DNA from: Anaerotignum sp.
Lineage (GTDB): Bacteria; Bacillota; Clostridia; Lachnospirales; Anaerotignaceae
Assembly: GCA_017523325.1 (NCBI GenBank)
Contig: JAFWWO010000010.1
Coordinates: forward strand, 11,005 to 75,004
Reading direction: 5' to 3'
Length of the DNA stretch: 64,000 nucleotides
A model generated the notes under the pieces. The model did not search any database. It was given only the letters and a program-made list of their open reading frames with translations, and was not told where the DNA came from. Each line of letters begins with the position of its first letter. Position 1 is the stretch's first letter. A program made the position numbers and the translations under genes. Shown here piece after piece: positions 20,095 through 30,532 of the stretch.

Positions 20095-20120
20095 GTAAAT
20101 CTTCTATTTCCCTTGCCCAT

Positions 20121-20963
20121 TTATCGGCACTCATAGCCCACTACTACACCGCCGCGTTCTGCATAATAGCTGCAAATGCCGCCGGTTTTCATTTCCTCGA
20201 TTTCGACTCCCGGGTAAATCTCCAGAATACATTCTTTAATAAATTGCAGGCCTTCCTCGTTTCCGCAATGGCTGAGTATAATTTTACCGCCCTTGTAACT
20301 TTGCCGCTCCATCTCGTCCAGCAGTATTTTGGCACCCTTCTTTTTCCCTCTTGCCTTTCCGATGGATTCAATGCTGCCGCCCTCGTTGGTTTTGGCAATG
20401 ACGTGTAAGCCCAAAACATTGGCAGCCATACCGGCCATTTTGGAAACCCTGCCGTTTTTCACTAAATTTTCAATGCTGTAAAGCAAAAATACCAACTGCG
20501 TATCCTTTGCATAAGCGTCCATTTCCCGACAGACCTCTTCAAATTCCAGACCTTTTTCCAATAATTCCACCAGTTTGTAGACCAAAAGCACCATTTTACC
20601 GGAAGCGGAGCAGGAATCTAAAATATAAATCTTTTTTTCCGGATGCTCCTCCAGCACCATGCGTTTTGCCAGCTCTGCGCTGTTATGGCTGCCGGAAAGG
20701 GTTCCGGTCACCGTAATGACATAACATTCTTCTGCATCTCTAAATTCCGTTGCCCACTGCTCCGGGCTGGGGCAGGCGGTACCTGTCTTGCCGGGGTAAG
20801 CATAGACCTCGTCCATCATTTTTTCCGTATCCAAAGTTGCATCATCTACAAATTCCTTATCTCCCACAATGATTTTCAACGGTACTTTGGAAAAAACGAC
20901 CCCCTCGGGAACATATTGCAGTCCCATTAAATCACAGCCCGAATCAAATAATATCTTTTTCAT
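20121..20963 (-). CDS. DegV/FakB fatty-acid-binding protein
   Basis: DSGCD, TACPS, LSGSHNSA, LVKNGRV. Confidence 0.9.
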   Translation of the reverse strand: MKKILFDSGCDLMGLQYVPEGVVFSKVPLKIIVGDKEFVDDATLDTEKMMDEVYAYPGKTGTACPSPEQWATEFRDAEECYVITVTGTLSGSHNSAELAKRMVLEEHPEKKIYILDSCSASGKMVLLVYKLVELLEKGLEFEEVCREMDAYAKDTQLVFLLYSIENLVKNGRVSKMAGMAANVLGLHVIAKTNEGGSIESIGKARGKKKGAKILLDEMERQSYKGGKIILSHCGNEEGLQFIKECILEIYPGVEIEEMKTGGICSYYAERGGVVVGYECR

Positions 20964-21020
20964 ATTTCAATCCCTCCAAGGCAATTTTTCTGCTTAATCT
21001 GGTTTTTATTACTAGATATT

Positions 21021-21050
21021 ATTGTATCATACACGCATTTATGATACAAT
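21021..21050. promoter_or_regulatory. Candidate TetR operator
   Basis: Perfect 11-bp inverted repeat ATTGTATCATA-8bp-TATGATACAAT between divergent degV and tetR. Confidence 0.5.
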
Positions 21051-21093
21051 TTACAAAACGCACATTTTTGTCACATTTCTTTGGGAGGACGCC

Positions 21094-21666
21094 ATGTATG
21101 CAATGAAAAAGAGAGTTTCTCTCCCCCATACAGCAGGCATTTATCTGGCTCACGCCCTGATAGACCTGATGGAGGAAAAAACGCTGGAGGAAATCTCCAT
21201 CACCGAATTGACGAAAAAAGCCGGTGTTTCCCGCATGAGCTATTACCGTAGCTTCTCCGCCAAACAGCAAATTTTGGAGGAATATTTGCGTACCATTTTG
21301 CGCCGCTTTCGTATAGAGGGTGAACGGGAAGGCTATCTCGGCTCCAATCACGGCTATGAACAACTGCTGTATAGCTTCCGTTTTTTCCGTCAGCATAGTC
21401 GCTTTGCTCTGTGCCTGCATCATGCCAATCTTTCTTCTATTTTGCTGGAAGGATTGAATCATTATATGGAAACCTATATTCTGCCGGAGCAGGCAGATTT
21501 TGTGAGCCGATGCAACGCCTATGCCTGTGCCGGCGCTTTATATAACCTCTATATCCAATGGCTGAAAAACGATATGCAGCAAAGCGAAGAAACCATGGTA
21601 GAAATTGCCTACCGTATGTTTTCTGTCCATAAGCGTGCCATAGAAAAACAGCATCTTCAAGGCTAA
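21094..21666 (+). CDS. TetR/AcrR family regulator
   Basis: ISITELTKKAGVSRMSYYR HTH. Confidence 0.9.
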   Translation: MYAMKKRVSLPHTAGIYLAHALIDLMEEKTLEEISITELTKKAGVSRMSYYRSFSAKQQILEEYLRTILRRFRIEGEREGYLGSNHGYEQLLYSFRFFRQHSRFALCLHHANLSSILLEGLNHYMETYILPEQADFVSRCNAYACAGALYNLYIQWLKNDMQQSEETMVEIAYRMFSVHKRAIEKQHLQG

Positions 21667-21699
21667 CTGTCTTGAAAATGCTGTTTTTTATGCCCTTTA

Positions 21700-22437
21700 T
21701 CAACCCTCAAATCCCTGTTCTTCCAGAAATTTTCTGTCTTTCTCTGTCAAATCTGCCTTTTCCAATAAATCGGGGCGTTTTTTTGCTGTTCGCAATAAGG
21801 CTTGTTCCCGCCGCCATTTTGCGACGTTCCCGTGATGGCCGCTCAATAGCACCTCCGGCACTTCCCTGCCCATAAACACCGGCGGTCGGGTATATTGCGG
21901 GTATTCCAAAAGCCCGTCAGAAAAACTCTCGTCGGCAAAAGATTCCTCCTTGCCCAACACACCGGGCACCAGACGGGATATGGCATCAATCATGGTAATC
22001 GCCGCCAATTCTCCGCCTGTCAGCACAAAATCCCCCAGCGAGATTTCATCAGTCACAATTTCCTCAATCAACCGCTCGTCCACCCCTTCGTAATGCCCGC
22101 AAAGAAAAACCAGTTTGTCCTCTCGGGCCAATTCCTCTGCAATCCGCTGGGTAAAGGGCCTGCCTTGGGGGGTCATGTAAACCACTCTTGCGCCTTCCGC
22201 TTGGGGCATCAGGCTTTGGTAGGCGTCATAAATCGGCTGTCCCTGCATCACCATGCCTGCACCGCCGCCATAGGGATAATCGTCTACATGCTTTTGCTTG
22301 TTTAACGTATACTCCCGAATGTTGACAGACTTTACGCCAATGAGCCCTTCTGCCTGTGCCCTGCCCAGAATACTGTGGGAAAGGGTCTGCGTAATCATTT
22401 CGGGGAATAATGTCAAAACGAAAAACTGCTTCATCAT
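21700..22437 (-). CDS. trmD: tRNA (guanine-N1)-methyltransferase
   Basis: [33 protein letters not shown]. Confidence 0.96.
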   Translation of the reverse strand: MMKQFFVLTLFPEMITQTLSHSILGRAQAEGLIGVKSVNIREYTLNKQKHVDDYPYGGGAGMVMQGQPIYDAYQSLMPQAEGARVVYMTPQGRPFTQRIAEELAREDKLVFLCGHYEGVDERLIEEIVTDEISLGDFVLTGGELAAITMIDAISRLVPGVLGKEESFADESFSDGLLEYPQYTRPPVFMGREVPEVLLSGHHGNVAKWRREQALLRTAKKRPDLLEKADLTEKDRKFLEEQGFEG

Positions 22438-22943
22438 CTCAGCCCTTCCAATAGATGCACGGTCATAATACCCGCTTCCAAGTCCACTTTTTTGATACAA
22501 TCCTTGATGGCAGGAATCAAAAGTTCCTTGTCCCCGGCCTCTTTTTGTACGGCATAGACATCATTTGCACCGGTTTCATAGATTTTCACCAGTTCACCCA
22601 GCACCTCGCCGTCCTCCGTCACCACCTGCAAGCCGTATAAATCCCGCGTATAGTACTCGTCCTCTTCCAGAGGGATTGCCAGGGCATCGGGGATTAAAAT
22701 TCTGCCATTTTTGTATAGCTCCGCCACATTGATGTCTGTGATTTCCTTTACTGTCAGCAGTACAAACTGCTTATGGTATGCCACTTTTTGTATATGAAAG
22801 GTTTCCTGTTTCCCTCTGATTTCCACAATCATTTCTTTCAATCGCTCAAAACGGGACGGATCCTGGGTAGTAGGAAAAACCCGCATGGTTCCTTTGATTC
22901 CGTGGGTTCCGGTAATAACGCCGATTTCAAAAAACTGTTCCAT
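22434..22943 (-). CDS. rimM: Ribosome maturation factor RimM
   Basis: THGIKG, TGANDVY; canonical operon position. Confidence 0.95.
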   Translation of the reverse strand: MEQFFEIGVITGTHGIKGTMRVFPTTQDPSRFERLKEMIVEIRGKQETFHIQKVAYHKQFVLLTVKEITDINVAELYKNGRILIPDALAIPLEEDEYYTRDLYGLQVVTEDGEVLGELVKIYETGANDVYAVQKEAGDKELLIPAIKDCIKKVDLEAGIMTVHLLEGLR

Positions 22944-23009
22944 ACGCACCTCATTTCAATCCTTTGAAAAAACGGCAGGGGGATTCCCTGCCGCATACCG
23001 TATTCCTGC

Positions 23010-23240
23010 TTACTGCACGATTTCTACGATAATTTTTTTGTCCTCATGGATACCGGCCGCCTTCACAACAGTACGAATTGCCTTGGCAATTCTGCCCTGT
23101 TTGCCGATGACCTTACCCATGTCTTCGGGAGCAACCTTCAACTCCAGCACCAACGCACGTTCGTTGTCGGTCTGTGTCACCACTACCTGTTCCGGATGCT
23201 CCACCAGTCTTTTTGCAATGACTTCTAACAGCTCTTTCAT
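23010..23240 (-). CDS. khpA: KH-domain RNA-binding protein
   Basis: DMGKVIGKQGR. Confidence 0.93.
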   Translation of the reverse strand: MKELLEVIAKRLVEHPEQVVVTQTDNERALVLELKVAPEDMGKVIGKQGRIAKAIRTVVKAAGIHEDKKIIVEIVQ

Positions 23241-23262
23241 GACTTAAGCCCTCCGTTTCGGA

Positions 23263-23511
23263 TTATTCGCCGATAACGCCTGCTTTTTTCAGCAGAGCCT
23301 TTGCAGTTTCAGAAGGCTGTGCGCCAGTTGCAAGCCATTTGTTAGCTGCCTCAGCGTCTACTTTCAAAACAACAGGTTCCTTTGTAGGATCATAGTAACC
23401 GATTTCGTCAATCGATTTGCCGTTTCTGGATGTTCTGGAATCTGCCACTACAATTCTATAAAAAGGAGCCTTCTTTGCACCCAGTCTTTTCAGTCTGATT
23501 CTTACTGCCAT
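23263..23511 (-). CDS. rpsP: 30S ribosomal protein S16
   Basis: [24 protein letters not shown]. Confidence 0.97.
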   Translation of the reverse strand: MAVRIRLKRLGAKKAPFYRIVVADSRTSRNGKSIDEIGYYDPTKEPVVLKVDAEAANKWLATGAQPSETAKALLKKAGVIGE

Positions 23512-23569
23512 GTTTTTCACCTCCCTGAACATTTCCTTATATCCTCATTCCTGCCGGAATAAAGCCTGA

Positions 23570-24910
23570 TTATCTGAAAAACGGAAGTTTCCCGCGTTTT
23601 CCCTTTTGCATATTGTTCATCTGCTTCATCATTTTTTTCATTTCTTCAAACTGCTTGAGCAGACGATTCACATCGGCAATGCTTCGCCCACAGCCGTTGG
23701 CGATACGCTTTTTCCTCGGTCCGTTCAAAATAGAAGGATTAGCCCGCTCTGCCTTTGTCATGGACTGTATAATTGCCTCAGTTTTTGCCATTTCCTTAGC
23801 AGGGTCAACCCCCTGTAAGGCGGCATTTAAGTCAAAATTTCCCATACCCGGCAGCATACTCATCAGGTCTTTCAATGGACCCATTTTCTTAATCTGCTGC
23901 ATCTGGGTAAGAAAATCCTCCAGCGTAAAATCATTGGAACGGAGTTTTTTCTCCATTTCCAAAGCTTCCTGCTCGTCGATATTTTGCTGCACCTTATCGA
24001 TAAGAGAAAGCACATCTCCCATTCCCAGAATACGAGATGCCATACGGTCGGGGTAAAACGGTTCCAAATCCTCCATTTTCTCGCCCATACCGATGTATTT
24101 AATGGGTTTGTTGGTAACACTTCTGACAGAAAGGGCGGCACCACCTCTGGCATCGCCGTCCAGCTTCGTCAAAATAATACCGTCTACACCCAACTGGCTG
24201 TCAAAGCTTTCCGCAACGGTAACGGCATCCTGACCGGTCATGGCGTCCACCACCAGAAGGATTTCTTGGGGCTTTACCGTTGCCTTAATATCCTGTAATT
24301 CCTGCATCAGTTCTTCGTTGATATGCAGTCGCCCTGCCGTATCAATCAAAATCACATCATGATGCTGTTCTGCCGCATATTCCAAGGCTTTTTTAGAAAT
24401 TTCCACAGGACTGAGCTGATCGCCCATTTCAAATACAGGGATATTATAATTCTTCCCCACCACCTGTAACTGCTTGATTGCCGCAGGCCGATATACGTCA
24501 CAGGCCACCAGTAGAGGGTTTCGCCCCTGCTTACGCAGCTGTCCCGCCAGCTTGCCGCTGGAGGTGGTTTTCCCTGCACCCTGCAAGCCTACCATCATAT
24601 ATACCGTCGGCGGCCGATTGGCAAAGGTCAGACGGCTTTGGGTGGTACCCATCAGGTCAATCAGTTCCTCGTTTACGATTTTGATGACCTGCTGTCCGGG
24701 GTTAAGCCCTTCCAGCACCTCTGTACCAATGGCACGTTCCGTTACTTTCTTGATAAAATCTTTTACAATTTTGAAATTAACGTCCGCCTCCAAAAGGGCG
24801 ATCTTCACTTCCCGCATAGCGGCTTTGACGTCTGCTTCCGTCAGTCTGCCCTTGCCCCGCAGCTGTTTGAATACTTCCTGCAGCTTACCGGATAAATTTT
24901 CAAAGGCCAT
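23570..24910 (-). CDS. ffh: Signal recognition particle protein
   Basis: GLQGAGKTT, DTAGR, TKLDGDARGG, Met-rich M domain. Confidence 0.97.
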   Translation of the reverse strand: MAFENLSGKLQEVFKQLRGKGRLTEADVKAAMREVKIALLEADVNFKIVKDFIKKVTERAIGTEVLEGLNPGQQVIKIVNEELIDLMGTTQSRLTFANRPPTVYMMVGLQGAGKTTSSGKLAGQLRKQGRNPLLVACDVYRPAAIKQLQVVGKNYNIPVFEMGDQLSPVEISKKALEYAAEQHHDVILIDTAGRLHINEELMQELQDIKATVKPQEILLVVDAMTGQDAVTVAESFDSQLGVDGIILTKLDGDARGGAALSVRSVTNKPIKYIGMGEKMEDLEPFYPDRMASRILGMGDVLSLIDKVQQNIDEQEALEMEKKLRSNDFTLEDFLTQMQQIKKMGPLKDLMSMLPGMGNFDLNAALQGVDPAKEMAKTEAIIQSMTKAERANPSILNGPRKKRIANGCGRSIADVNRLLKQFEEMKKMMKQMNNMQKGKRGKLPFFR

Positions 24911-24925
24911 GAATCACGCCTCCTT

Positions 24926-25276
24926 TCAGGATAAAATGTCCTCAGCGATTTGTTTCATCTTTCGGATTGCCTGCACGGTTATGGCATCGGGACTTTTCCG
25001 TTCCACTTCCTCCATGATATGCTTCATTTCCCGTACGGCCTTATTCTGCGCCTGAAAACGGGCAACCAGCTGCAGCTTTTCCTCGTAGCCCAGCAGTATT
25101 TTTTCTGTGCGTTTGAACTGATCCTGCACAGCCTGCCTGCTGACGGATAATTCCTCGCCGATTTCCGAAAGCGATAAATCATCTTGATAATACATTTCAT
25201 AGACCTGCTTTTGCTTTTGTGTCAGCAATTCGCCGTAAAAATCATAAAGCAGTGTCAGCTGCAAAATATCATCCAT
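24926..25276 (-). CDS. ylxM: YlxM family protein
   Basis: LLYDFYGELLT...DLSLSEI; directly upstream of ffh. Confidence 0.92.
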   Translation of the reverse strand: MDDILQLTLLYDFYGELLTQKQKQVYEMYYQDDLSLSEIGEELSVSRQAVQDQFKRTEKILLGYEEKLQLVARFQAQNKAVREMKHIMEEVERKSPDAITVQAIRKMKQIAEDILS

Positions 25277-25375
25277 GGATTTTGCCTCCCCTAAAGGAAT
25301 TTACAATCACCTTTGCTATTCTAACAGAAAACAAATTCCTCTGTCAAGTATTTTTCCTTTACATCTCACATTTTT

Positions 25376-25966
25376 TTATTTTGCAGGAAAATTGATGCAA
25401 TCCACGGTCAATTTCTTTTCGGAAACCCATATTGCACTGTAATGTCCCTGCTTGGAATTAAAATTCCAAAATCCTCTTGGCCCGGCTCCTGTCAGATGGC
25501 AGAGCATGGCACTTAATGCCCCGTTATGAGAAACCACAAGAATATGTCTGCCTTTGTTTTCCCGTATGATGCCGTCCAATCTTTCTGTCACCCGCCGGTA
25601 AAAATCCAAAAAACGCTCTCCCTTGGGCATGGTACAGTTTTCCCAGTCTACCCGCCATTGCTTCAGGGCAATTCTGTCCGCTTCGGTCATATCCTCCCAT
25701 GTACGGTCTTCCCAATCGCCGTAATAAAGCTCCCGTAGCTGCGGTTCTTTTTGTACCTCTCTGCCCTCAGCGATGATTTCCGCCGTATGTAAGGCTCTTT
25801 TCAAATCACTGGAATAAATGGCATCCAGATGGATTTCCCGAAAAGCTTCCCGCAATAATTCCGCCTGTTGCAGACCTTTTTCATTGATATCCGCATCGGT
25901 CCAGCCGTAAAATCTGTTGTTCAAATTCATATCTGTTTCTCCGTGGCGTACCAGATAAAGCTTCAT
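25376..25966 (-). CDS. Histidine phosphatase (CobC/PGM-like)
   Basis: LVRHGET, SSDLKRA, VVSH motifs. Confidence 0.85.
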   Translation of the reverse strand: MKLYLVRHGETDMNLNNRFYGWTDADINEKGLQQAELLREAFREIHLDAIYSSDLKRALHTAEIIAEGREVQKEPQLRELYYGDWEDRTWEDMTEADRIALKQWRVDWENCTMPKGERFLDFYRRVTERLDGIIRENKGRHILVVSHNGALSAMLCHLTGAGPRGFWNFNSKQGHYSAIWVSEKKLTVDCINFPAK

Positions 25967-26066
25967 GTGCCCACCTCCTGTATTGTATTCTAAACAATCC
26001 ACCATTTGAATGCAAGAAAAAGCGGACGCCTCAAATTCATGAAACGCCCGCTTCTTCTGCTCCCAA

Positions 26067-26228
26067 TTACTTCAAATTGAAGGAAAGACAGTCTGTGCAC
26101 TGTTCTTGTGTAGGGTTGTTTTCGTGAGTCCCTACCTGAATGGTTTCCAAGGTACAGTAATTTTTTGTGTCATGATGATATCTGCAGCTTTCTACCGTAC
26201 ATTTGATACATTCATTACATTTTTCCAT
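26067..26228 (-). CDS. DUF1540-type small Cys-rich protein
   Basis: IKCTVESCRYH...C...I.VG...TDC.SF; SD GAGGAGG. Confidence 0.75.
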   Translation of the reverse strand: MEKCNECIKCTVESCRYHHDTKNYCTLETIQVGTHENNPTQEQCTDCLSFNLK

Positions 26229-26422
26229 GCTTGATTCCTCCTCGCATTTTGGTTGCAGGAATAGTATGCACACTTTTGCGAAAAGGATAACCGGAAATTT
26301 TTCTTTTTTCAGACAAAAAAATATGATACACTATCCGAAAAAGCAATCCACCGATAAAAACCTTTCCGCAAGAGAGCAGTTAATTTACCGGTACGGATAA
26401 AAATGAAAGGAAGTGTCCCCTT

Positions 26423-26650
26423 ATGGCAGAAGGAAAAACGCCCAAAAAAGCACCTGCAAAAAAATCCACCGCAAAAACAAATGCGGGTAAAAAACTGACC
26501 GTCACATTGGATAAAGAAACCATAACACTGCTGGAGGAATATGTTGCGGAATTTGGCTTCGGCAAAGACGAATTTGTAAAAAAAGCCATTCAGGAAAAAA
26601 TCAGTCGAGATAAAATCAGTTCCATGATTGACTCCATGATAAAGCTGTAA
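26423..26650 (+). CDS. Small ribbon-helix-helix-like protein with Lys/Ala-rich N-tail
   Basis: KLTVTLD strand followed by two helices; SD AAAGGAAG. Confidence 0.55.
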   Translation: MAEGKTPKKAPAKKSTAKTNAGKKLTVTLDKETITLLEEYVAEFGFGKDEFVKKAIQEKISRDKISSMIDSMIKL

Positions 26651-26768
26651 ATAAAAAAAGAAAGTTCCTGTTGTCCAAGAACCTCCTCCGGAATACAAAT
26701 AACGTCGCTTCGTTCCCTTCAACCGAAAATGGTTTTTTTCATCTCACGACGGTATCATACCGTCTTTT

Positions 26769-27269
26769 TTATGCAATCCGCATATGCTCCATCAGTATCT
26801 CGTTTTTCATCAGCTGGCGGAATACTGCATACCCAAGGCAGGATACGGCCAAAAATTCACCCAATGCCACCGCCGCCATACTCAGCAGCAGCGGATCGCC
26901 AAAAAAATAAAGTTCTATGCCGATAAAGCTGTTGCAGAATACAGGCCATAAGCTTGCCCCAAACAGGGTTTTGCTGTGCCGTGTAATGCCCCACATAGCC
27001 GCCACCGTGCAAGTGGTGCCAAAGGCCACGTCCATCAATCCAAAGGGACTAAAGCAGTTGGCGATAAAACAGCCTAAAATCAGCCCGGGTGCATATCGCT
27101 TATCAATAAATGCCAATAGCACCAGCATTTCGGAAATCCGTACTTGTATCATGCCGAAACTCAGCGGTGCCACCGCTAATGTCAGCACCACATAAACCGC
27201 CGCCACCAACGCCGTAGAAACCAGCATTTTGCTGGATATTCTTTTTTCTTTCATGCTTTTTTCTTTCAT
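26769..27269 (-). CDS. queT: QueT family transporter (queuosine precursor)
   Basis: AAVYVVLT...PLSFGMIQVRISE...GCFIAN..SPFG..D..FG. Confidence 0.85.
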   Translation of the reverse strand: MKEKSMKEKRISSKMLVSTALVAAVYVVLTLAVAPLSFGMIQVRISEMLVLLAFIDKRYAPGLILGCFIANCFSPFGLMDVAFGTTCTVAAMWGITRHSKTLFGASLWPVFCNSFIGIELYFFGDPLLLSMAAVALGEFLAVSCLGYAVFRQLMKNEILMEHMRIA

Positions 27270-27276
27270 GAAAAAG

Positions 27277-27315
27277 CCTCCCTGTTTTTTATTTCCGAGA
27301 TGGCGGAATCGCCCC
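27277..27315 (-). ncRNA. Possible degenerate preQ1-I riboswitch
   Basis: CGA-UUCCGCCAUC-UCG-GAAAUAAAAAACAGGGAGG overlapping the queT SD; P1 only 3 bp. Confidence 0.35.
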
Positions 27316-27469
27316 TGCTGTTCTTGGCAAAAAACCTCTCGCCCTATTTATTTTAGCCATATACCAATAGGCTTATCTGTTTCGCATAGAGGGTTTTTAT
27401 ATACCTCTTGCACAGGATTAAAAAAGCCCCTTTTAGCAGGGGCAGACTCAACATATTCTTTTCGGATCA

Positions 27470-27712
27470 TTAAGATAATACTGCTGCCAATTCCTCCACG
27501 GCCGCATTTTCATCTTTGCCTTCCGCCGTAATGACAGCGGTCTGACCGCTTTGCATATTTAAGGCAATGGTACCCATAATGCTTTTTGCATTGATTTTCT
27601 TCTCTGCAATGCTCACATAGATATCCGATTCATATTTTCCTGCTGTCTGTACGAAAAAAGCCGCCTGTCTGGCATCTAAAGATGTTTTGATGGTAATTGA
27701 TTTTTGTGTCAT
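27470..27712 (-). CDS. HPr-family protein lacking His15 (Crh-like)
   Basis: NAKSIMG (Ser46) kept; LDARQA replaces xHARP. Confidence 0.85.
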   Translation of the reverse strand: MTQKSITIKTSLDARQAAFFVQTAGKYESDIYVSIAEKKINAKSIMGTIALNMQSGQTAVITAEGKDENAAVEELAAVLS

Positions 27713-28668
27713 TCCGGTTCACCCTTACCCTCTCTTAATGATTCAGCGATAGTACTGATTTTTCGCAGCCTGTGATTGACACCGGATTTTCCCACAGGTG
27801 TCATCAAAAAAGAACCCAATTCTTTCAAGCTTTTATCGGGATATTCCATGCGAAGGCGGGCAACCTCTTCCAGCTGCTCCGGCAATCGGGCAAGCCCGAT
27901 GGTCTCTTCGATATAGGCAATATCCTCCAACTGTTTCACTGCCGCACCAACGACCTTGTTCAAATTTGCCGTTTCGCAGTTAACCCTTCTGTTGATGTCG
28001 TTGCGCATTTCCTTCACAATACGGACATTTTCCAGATCCATCAGTGCAAGGGGGGCTTCCATGATATTGAGAATATCCACAATTTGCTCCCCTTCCTTTA
28101 AGTAGACGATAAAATGGTCTTTTCTCTCCACCACTTTTGCGTCCAGCTCAAAGGAATTGATGATATCCCGCAACTGCTGTGCCGTTGACATATCGGCCAG
28201 AACAAACTCCAGATGATAATTCTTATTGGGGTCATTCACAGAGCCGGCAGCGATAAAAGCTCCCCGGATATAGGCCCTGCGGCAGCAAATACTGCTGACC
28301 ACCGGAGCATAAATCCTTTGGACAATTTCCCGCCGTCCTGCCTCCTCAAATAATAAGCCTGTGGCATGAAGGAGGGTCTCTGCCTGCAACGGGTCCCGCA
28401 GAACAAGGGTATAGGATTTCCCCCGATGCTTTTTCCCGCCGCTTCTGGTCGATATTTCCGCTTTCATATTAAAAGTATTTCTCAATAATGTAAAGCACTT
28501 TTTTGCGACATAGAAATTTTCGGTTTGTATTTTTAACCAAAAATTCTCTCCAAAGTCAACCACTTGCCCACAGATATTGACAAAGGCTGCCATTTCCGCA
28601 ATTTCACAGTGTCTCCCATTCCCAAAATGCAGGGATAACTCTCCCTTAACCTTAGACGAAAATGACAA
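27709..28668 (-). CDS. whiA: DNA-binding protein WhiA
   Basis: YIRGAFIAAGSVNDP, YHLEF, NRRVNCETAN, KSGVNHRLRK; probable TTG start. Confidence 0.93.
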   Translation of the reverse strand: MSFSSKVKGELSLHFGNGRHCEIAEMAAFVNICGQVVDFGENFWLKIQTENFYVAKKCFTLLRNTFNMKAEISTRSGGKKHRGKSYTLVLRDPLQAETLLHATGLLFEEAGRREIVQRIYAPVVSSICCRRAYIRGAFIAAGSVNDPNKNYHLEFVLADMSTAQQLRDIINSFELDAKVVERKDHFIVYLKEGEQIVDILNIMEAPLALMDLENVRIVKEMRNDINRRVNCETANLNKVVGAAVKQLEDIAYIEETIGLARLPEQLEEVARLRMEYPDKSLKELGSFLMTPVGKSGVNHRLRKISTIAESLREGKGEPE

Positions 28669-28712
28669 ATTTACCCCTCCTTCCCGTCTTTTTAACGAAA
28701 ACAATTGTTTTC

Positions 28713-29585
28713 CTACTTCTTATGACGGGCATCTTTTTCGATATCGTGATGCTCCAGCAAAAGGGCGTGCCTTTCCCGCCCCAAGGTTTGATATAGGGCA
28801 TTTGCCAGCGTCACAGATCGGTGTTTCCCGCCGGTGCAGCCGATGCTGATAACAAGGCTGTTTTTGCCCTCCTTGATATATAGAGGAATCAAAAACTCCA
28901 GCATATCCACCATTTTTTGCAGAAAAGTCCGGCTTTCCTTGAAATTCATGACATAACTGCTGACAGGCTCATCGTTGCCGGTCATTTCCTTCAATTCCTG
29001 AATGTAGAAAGGATTGGGCAAAAAGCGAACATCAAATACCAAATCGCTATCGGCCGGGATACCGTATTTGAACCCAAAGGAACGAATGGTGATAACAAGG
29101 CTCTCGAAATTTTGATTTTCCACAAAAATACGGTTGATTTGCTCCTTGAGCTGTCTGGTCAAAATCTGGCTGGTATCAATGATATAGGTCGCCTTTGTTT
29201 TCACCTCTTTGAGCATAGCCCGTTCTTTTTGTATGCCCTCCTGAATGGAGCCGCCCTTGGAAAGAGGGTGGGTACGTCTGGTTTCTTTATATCGCTTAAT
29301 CAGCACATCATCAGAAGCGTCCAGAAACAAAATTTCGTATTCATAGCCCCTCTCCTGTAAGCTGAATAATACCTGAAATAAATCGTTGAATAGCTTGCCG
29401 CCGCGAATATCTATCCCCATGGCAACTCTTTCAATTTCCCCCTCCTGCTCATAGCAAAGTTCTGCAAACTTCGGCAATAACGCAGGCGGAAGATTATCCA
29501 CGCAAAAAAAGTTAATGTCCTCCAAAAACTTCAATACGGAGGTTTTTCCCGCACCCGACATACCTGTTACAATGACAAATCTCAT
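28713..29585 (-). CDS. rapZ: RNase adapter RapZ (YvcJ)
   Basis: [35 protein letters not shown]. Confidence 0.94.
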   Translation of the reverse strand: MRFVIVTGMSGAGKTSVLKFLEDINFFCVDNLPPALLPKFAELCYEQEGEIERVAMGIDIRGGKLFNDLFQVLFSLQERGYEYEILFLDASDDVLIKRYKETRRTHPLSKGGSIQEGIQKERAMLKEVKTKATYIIDTSQILTRQLKEQINRIFVENQNFESLVITIRSFGFKYGIPADSDLVFDVRFLPNPFYIQELKEMTGNDEPVSSYVMNFKESRTFLQKMVDMLEFLIPLYIKEGKNSLVISIGCTGGKHRSVTLANALYQTLGRERHALLLEHHDIEKDARHKK

Positions 29586-29611
29586 TGGCTTCACCACCCT
29601 TCTTTTGTCCC

Positions 29612-30520
29612 TTATTCTTCCCCGATAATTTTCACTTCCGGCTCCAAATGTACGCCAAATTTTTCCTGCACTTCTTTTTGGCAAAAAACAATCAAATCCA
29701 AAATATCCTGTGCCGTTGCACCGCCGATATTGATGAGAAAGCCGGAATGTTTTTCCGAAATCTGTGCCCCGCCGATGGTTTTCCCCTTTAAGCCGGCGTC
29801 CTGCATCAGTTTCCCGGCAAAATACCCCTCCGGCCGCTTAAAGGTACTGCCTGCACTGGGGTATTGCAGGGGCTGTTTTTCCCGCCGTTGCTCCGCCAAT
29901 TCCGCCATACGGGCAAGGATTGCTTTTTTCTCGCCGCTTTGAAGCCGCAGCTTTGCTCCCAGCACGATATATCCCGCCTCGGGTATGATACTGTGGCGGT
30001 AAGAAAGTGCCAGCTCCTCTGCCGGAATGGTTTTGATTTCCAAGTCCGGTGTCAGCACATCAACGCTCACAAGAATATCCTTCATTTCACCGCCGTAAGC
30101 GCCGGCATTCATCACCGCAGCCCCGCCAATGGTGCCGGGAATACCCGAGGCAAATTCCATACCGCTTAGACCAATCTCTGCCGCCTTTGCTGCCACGGCG
30201 GATAATAAGGCACCGCCCTGTGCTTCGATTTCCCTGCCCCGTACCTCCACATGGCTCATATTGCTGTAAATCTGAATGACCGCACCACGAATGCCCTTGT
30301 CCCGCACCAAAAGATTGCTTCCATTGCCAATCACCAGAAAGGGGATTTTGTGTTTTTGCAATATCTGGATGGCACATCCAATCTCCTCGTTGCTTTTTGG
30401 CAGTATGAAAATATCTGCCGGGCCGCCGGTACGAAAGGTGGTATGCTCTTTCATAGGTTCCTGTAAACGAATACATTCTGTGCCTAGCTTTTGCCGCAGT
30501 TCTTCTATCGCCAATTCCAT
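29612..30520 (-). CDS. murB: UDP-N-acetylmuramate dehydrogenase
   Basis: [32 protein letters not shown]. Confidence 0.96.
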   Translation of the reverse strand: MELAIEELRQKLGTECIRLQEPMKEHTTFRTGGPADIFILPKSNEEIGCAIQILQKHKIPFLVIGNGSNLLVRDKGIRGAVIQIYSNMSHVEVRGREIEAQGGALLSAVAAKAAEIGLSGMEFASGIPGTIGGAAVMNAGAYGGEMKDILVSVDVLTPDLEIKTIPAEELALSYRHSIIPEAGYIVLGAKLRLQSGEKKAILARMAELAEQRREKQPLQYPSAGSTFKRPEGYFAGKLMQDAGLKGKTIGGAQISEKHSGFLINIGGATAQDILDLIVFCQKEVQEKFGVHLEPEVKIIGEE

Positions 30521-30532
30521 AGTTTCACCTTC

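Noticed and set aside
26260-26295. SigG-like -10 CATACTA upstream of the DUF1540 gene (and CATAAT upstream of the SASP-like gene)
   Set aside because: Biologically plausible, but the -35 match or spacing is too poor to call
28669-28712. yvcK absent between rapZ and whiA
   Set aside because: No pseudogene remnant; simple gene-order variation
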